Shown in pieces: positions 36,401-37,434 of a stretch of DNA of 37,434 nt. The translations under genes were made by a program, and so were the position numbers. The stretch spans positions 1 to 37,434 of the forward strand of contig JAIRZV010000016.1 of NCBI GenBank assembly GCA_031267055.1, read 5' to 3'. Within the stretch, counting starts at the first letter, position 1, and every line of letters begins with the position of its first letter. Source of the stretch: Candidatus Margulisiibacteriota bacterium (lineage in GTDB: Bacteria > Margulisbacteria > Termititenacia > Termititenacales > Termititenacaceae). The notes under the pieces are model-generated. The model saw only the letters and a program-made list of their open reading frames with translations, had not been told where the DNA came from and searched no databases.

Positions 36401-37333
36401 CAGACTACGGACAATATCAATATTGAGATCGACCGCGAGTGGACTATCGCGGGTTATGTTAAAACTTCCGGCAGCGCTCCTGTTCAGGACGCCGAAGTCG
36501 ATGTCTGGCGAAGTCTAGAGCCGACATGGGATTTTATCGGCCGCGCGAAAACTGACTCTTTAGGCTACTATATAGTGACCGGCGGGTACAATGATGTCGA
36601 TGTTTATGTCCGCGTTTCGGTTAACGGTTATGAAATTCAATATTACGATGGCCAATACATTATAGCCAGCGCCAATACTGTCAATATGATTCCGGGTACC
36701 CAAAAGACCGATGTTGATTTTACTTTGAGCCAGGTTTGGAAAGTTGCCGGCAATGTCAAAGATACACGCGGCGATCCTTTGTCTGGTGTCAAAGTTTCTT
36801 TGATCGATCAGGCAGATACCCAAAATATTCTGGGCGTCTACACTACTGATGCGTCCGGCGAGTATCAATTTATTTCCGTCAACGCGGTGACGTATCAATT
36901 GTTCTTGCTCGTGGAAAAAGATAATTATATTCCGTCGTCTTCCGCGGTTTTCGATGTGACGCTGGGAGACAGCGTGGAAATTTATTTTGAGCTGCCATTG
37001 AGCGCCGCGCCGGTACAGCCTTTGCCCGCCGGCCAGTCCGTGCTGGATACAATAAAATCCGGCCCCAATCCCGCCGATCCCGAAAAAGGGCCGATCCATA
37101 TCGGCTTTATTCTGGACAGTGCGGCGCGCGCGCGGGTAAAAGTTTACACGCTGGGCGGCGAGTTGGTATTTCAGGACGATCAGCGTTTTCCGCCCGGCTA
37201 CAATGAGTTCGTCTGGAGCGGCGCCAATCTTTACGACCGGCGTCTGCCCAACGGCGTGTATCTGGCCTATGTGGAAATCGACACCGGCCAGGAAAAACTG
37301 CGCAAAGTTTTGAAGATCGCTATCTTGAGGTAA
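30449..37333 (+). CDS. Large secreted surface protein (2294 aa): tandem carboxypeptidase-regulatory-like/Cna-B-like beta-sandwich repeats plus a C-terminal T9SS type-A-like (FlgD-Ig) sorting domain
   Basis: Sec signal MLRKPYKIFLLLAMVFYLCSPVYA. Roughly 20 units of ~95-100 aa with the pattern I.G.(I/V)...V.V.(A/V)(F/Y)...T...G.Y...V.A...Y...(F/Y). C-terminus GPNP...I.F.L...V.VYTL.GELV...G.NE..W.G.N..L.NGVYL...KIAILR. Confidence 0.85.
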   Translation: MLRKPYKIFLLLAMVFYLCSPVYAVQMHINSSGGTYTGSSVKVYLLDRDTGKSEDIGNFSLGGGVARQSNSPNITVKISSPNFIVAAYSGEKHLYRTASTVDLTGSSIGTHVYVTFNIPDKTISGVVKDASGINALPGVTVHIFEADSANDPDHYWLAQVTTDAYGRYEFKGVYSDVDYHIKAEKSNFFPMFASKTADGGTYDPSNVRGGETVNEIRLRSASVIKGTITNGDANTEIVAFLASDAQNDKYTYVGKVVGASAYISTGLAVPQGIAVVVKAQRNGYMPAFHRSGQHQTYSGKAATPVQGGAAGVNITLEQAGSIKGTISGTSGQVTINVYGKSGQTLEYLNSVTWNANSEYTLPAPISNRALVVQAEKTSYLKRFHNNTYELDKATTFTLSDTAAKSGVNIALEQEGSITGTISGATGTVSVNVYGKSGNTLEYLNGITINAGTTGTTYTLPAPVNSVRTLVVQAEKSGYLSRFHGNVYELDKVATFTLPDTAVKSGVNIALQSAVTISGTITNGDNAKVSAFSKNGSVYEYVNSVTANSSGGYDLPILSGIEQVILASRAGYIDRYYQLGTYGTYNRDKKATPQKTASGGINITLQQAVDVAGSVKYSDNTILGIPLTVNAFISGQDYEAGYVTAAAVSSATGAFSMRIPSDSAGIVLQVTHNNNQLIGYKDGSWFVDNGSVMSSANARVLKSGQSGLDSLQIRLDKFWIVTGSVSPANIQGVVDLYEWESNGINYNKNKGWVTANASGAYEIRGTGNVQVVLRAGTENYVTRYLSNTNMSSPAWVDNSLDLVTNNARLTLTPLSAYTYSPSLTLGGQISGTISSSGGSGVVTVSVEDVTGKFFKEVTVNVGVQYTIKGIPTGDWKVRAARSGAMQTYYGGVYGHNDATTVNLTTAGRNDIDITLPASYVITGVINGVSGGTVTISAFELANGHLGRWASSYTRSGNGDYSLNAPSGVNSIVMAESNGYINRFYQSGSGGAYSDEQATTVNGQTGGASITLEQTGKIEGTITSQTGSGIVTVSAFEKNGETLTYISSITKNIGASGTYDLPTPVSSGRTLVVQAEKAEHIKRFYANTYSLNQATEIKLSSTTPRQDTNIDLEQGVVLSGAINAMGVTVQVFVREAGDTEDTFLLHMKTADNNGDYTFNVPVNKNYFIRAEKTGLFPGFYRADDQPAAFGEQDRSAINVASVAVTGKNFNLYNAGSIAGDVKYRDSSDIGSVVTINAFVASTNYTFVSAVTTNAADGSFNLPVPQDVDLVLQVTANSALGHASGTWFPDRESSANSTIFKITADLPGQHFIIDKFWYLTGKIALSDNQSPVGVSVDVFDYTSVTSGTDWQWLAGVTIDNIGGDFAITSINSVEAVVRFSRDGYVTMIYPDLVTLNKIGTSHKQTLTIGSTPTNLSLQTLARGGSINGNIVTQGGSGTVTINVEDLQGNYFTAVTRNGGGVYTVPNLPSGNWLVRASQDNTIAEYYGETASTSNALTVNVVAGQTTNNINIYIAKEWTISGKISEKDNSAQNITDALVSAYFVTEPNTWFWIASANTDTNGDYTLRGGYSNKQNNPTQIFLQISATDYTEITTNPLSVEVAKDYADQDYQLEGAAYVQGTVVNVSANQTVTISAFEKGSNFVFVSEVTVNGNDAAPVTYVLPIKANQDLVVRAAVSGYEDLWYNDKISSADAETVNQAVGTTKDAVNFNFAGHKQWLISGRVTDTDDNPLGGLSVNVFVKDSDYAGPDGGSVLTGSDGIFSLQIAPTEDLVLQVATANPYLGYPTGTYYKENTFGVIASADATPLQYSAGDLDIDFEINRFWLVSGVITPPNIEAVIDMYEYDGADINWAKSKGWVTADAAGKYDIRGTGNVTVNIRAATGNYISAGINKTTLAPENTYTYNFNLTLGASISGRVTANGSGVVTISAQDIDGNWETFVTRNGSGDYTIPRMPAGVWLVYAQHTDCVAEYFGETASTGNAVRINLTAGQTTDNINIEIDREWTIAGYVKTSGSAPVQDAEVDVWRSLEPTWDFIGRAKTDSLGYYIVTGGYNDVDVYVRVSVNGYEIQYYDGQYIIASANTVNMIPGTQKTDVDFTLSQVWKVAGNVKDTRGDPLSGVKVSLIDQADTQNILGVYTTDASGEYQFISVNAVTYQLFLLVEKDNYIPSSSAVFDVTLGDSVEIYFELPLSAAPVQPLPAGQSVLDTIKSGPNPADPEKGPIHIGFILDSAARARVKVYTLGGELVFQDDQRFPPGYNEFVWSGANLYDRRLPNGVYLAYVEIDTGQEKLRKVLKIAILR
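31380..31990 (+). repeat. Recent tandem duplication of a ~99-aa domain within the surface protein (approximate bounds)
   Basis: Near-identical protein units (VNI.LEQ.GSI.GTISG..G.V..NVYGKSG.TLEYLN...YELDK..TFTL.DTA.KSGVNIAL), 297-bp offset (31610 vs 31907); a third related copy at ~33470-33790. Confidence 0.88.
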
Positions 37334-37337
37334 AACA

Positions 37338-37434
37338 ATGCGGAAAAATTTAATTTTGTTTTTGCTAATCGCTTTGCTGCCGGCCGCGGAATTTTTCTCC
37401 GAATCGACCGGCGCGGCCTTTTTGGACAACGGCT
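37338..37434 (+). CDS. Probable PorV/PorQ-family outer-membrane beta-barrel, N-terminal fragment (3' truncated by window)
   Basis: MRKNLILFLLIALLPAAEFFSESTGAAFLDNG: a signal peptide then TGAAFL..G, the usual lead-in to the PorV-like GAR..GMG motif. Starts 4 nt after a CTD-bearing gene. Only 32 codons are visible. Confidence 0.55.
   Translation, partial: MRKNLILFLLIALLPAAEFFSESTGAAFLDNG

Noticed and set aside
30605-37429. Long minus-strand ORFs (360, 259, 269, 289 aa) opposite the surface protein, and similar shadow ORFs elsewhere
   Set aside because: They are antisense shadows of a repetitive, codon-biased gene, with no recognisable motifs or RBS.

Overview
Bacterial window with every credible gene on the + strand. 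It opens with the 3' end of dapF and a complete dapL (lysine/DAP biosynthesis). Next is a 1.5-kb type IV toxin-antitoxin cassette (DUF6088-like antitoxin plus AbiEii nucleotidyltransferase) bracketed by a perfect 45-bp direct repeat. The main feature is a ~27-kb tightly packed five-gene cluster (3086-30388) that reads as a giant, highly divergent cellulose-synthase-like (Bcs-like) polysaccharide synthesis/export system. Its genes are: a 2849-aa protein with processive GT2 motifs (DxD, QxxQ, [T/V]ED, QxxRW) spread out by large insertions and followed by C-terminal TM helices; a ~1555-aa protein with two tandem GH8-like domains; a 3433-aa alpha-helical repeat protein ending in a probable outer-membrane beta-barrel (BcsC-like layout); and two paralogous ~625-aa putative lipoproteins. 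Four of the five proteins share a short N-terminal leader motif, and three carry a signal-peptide/Cys segment displaced behind it, which hints at an unusual export route. The window ends with a 2294-aa repetitive surface protein bearing a T9SS-type-A/FlgD-Ig-like C-terminal domain, followed by the start of a probable PorV-family gene. All family assignments come from motif recognition by eye; no searches were run.
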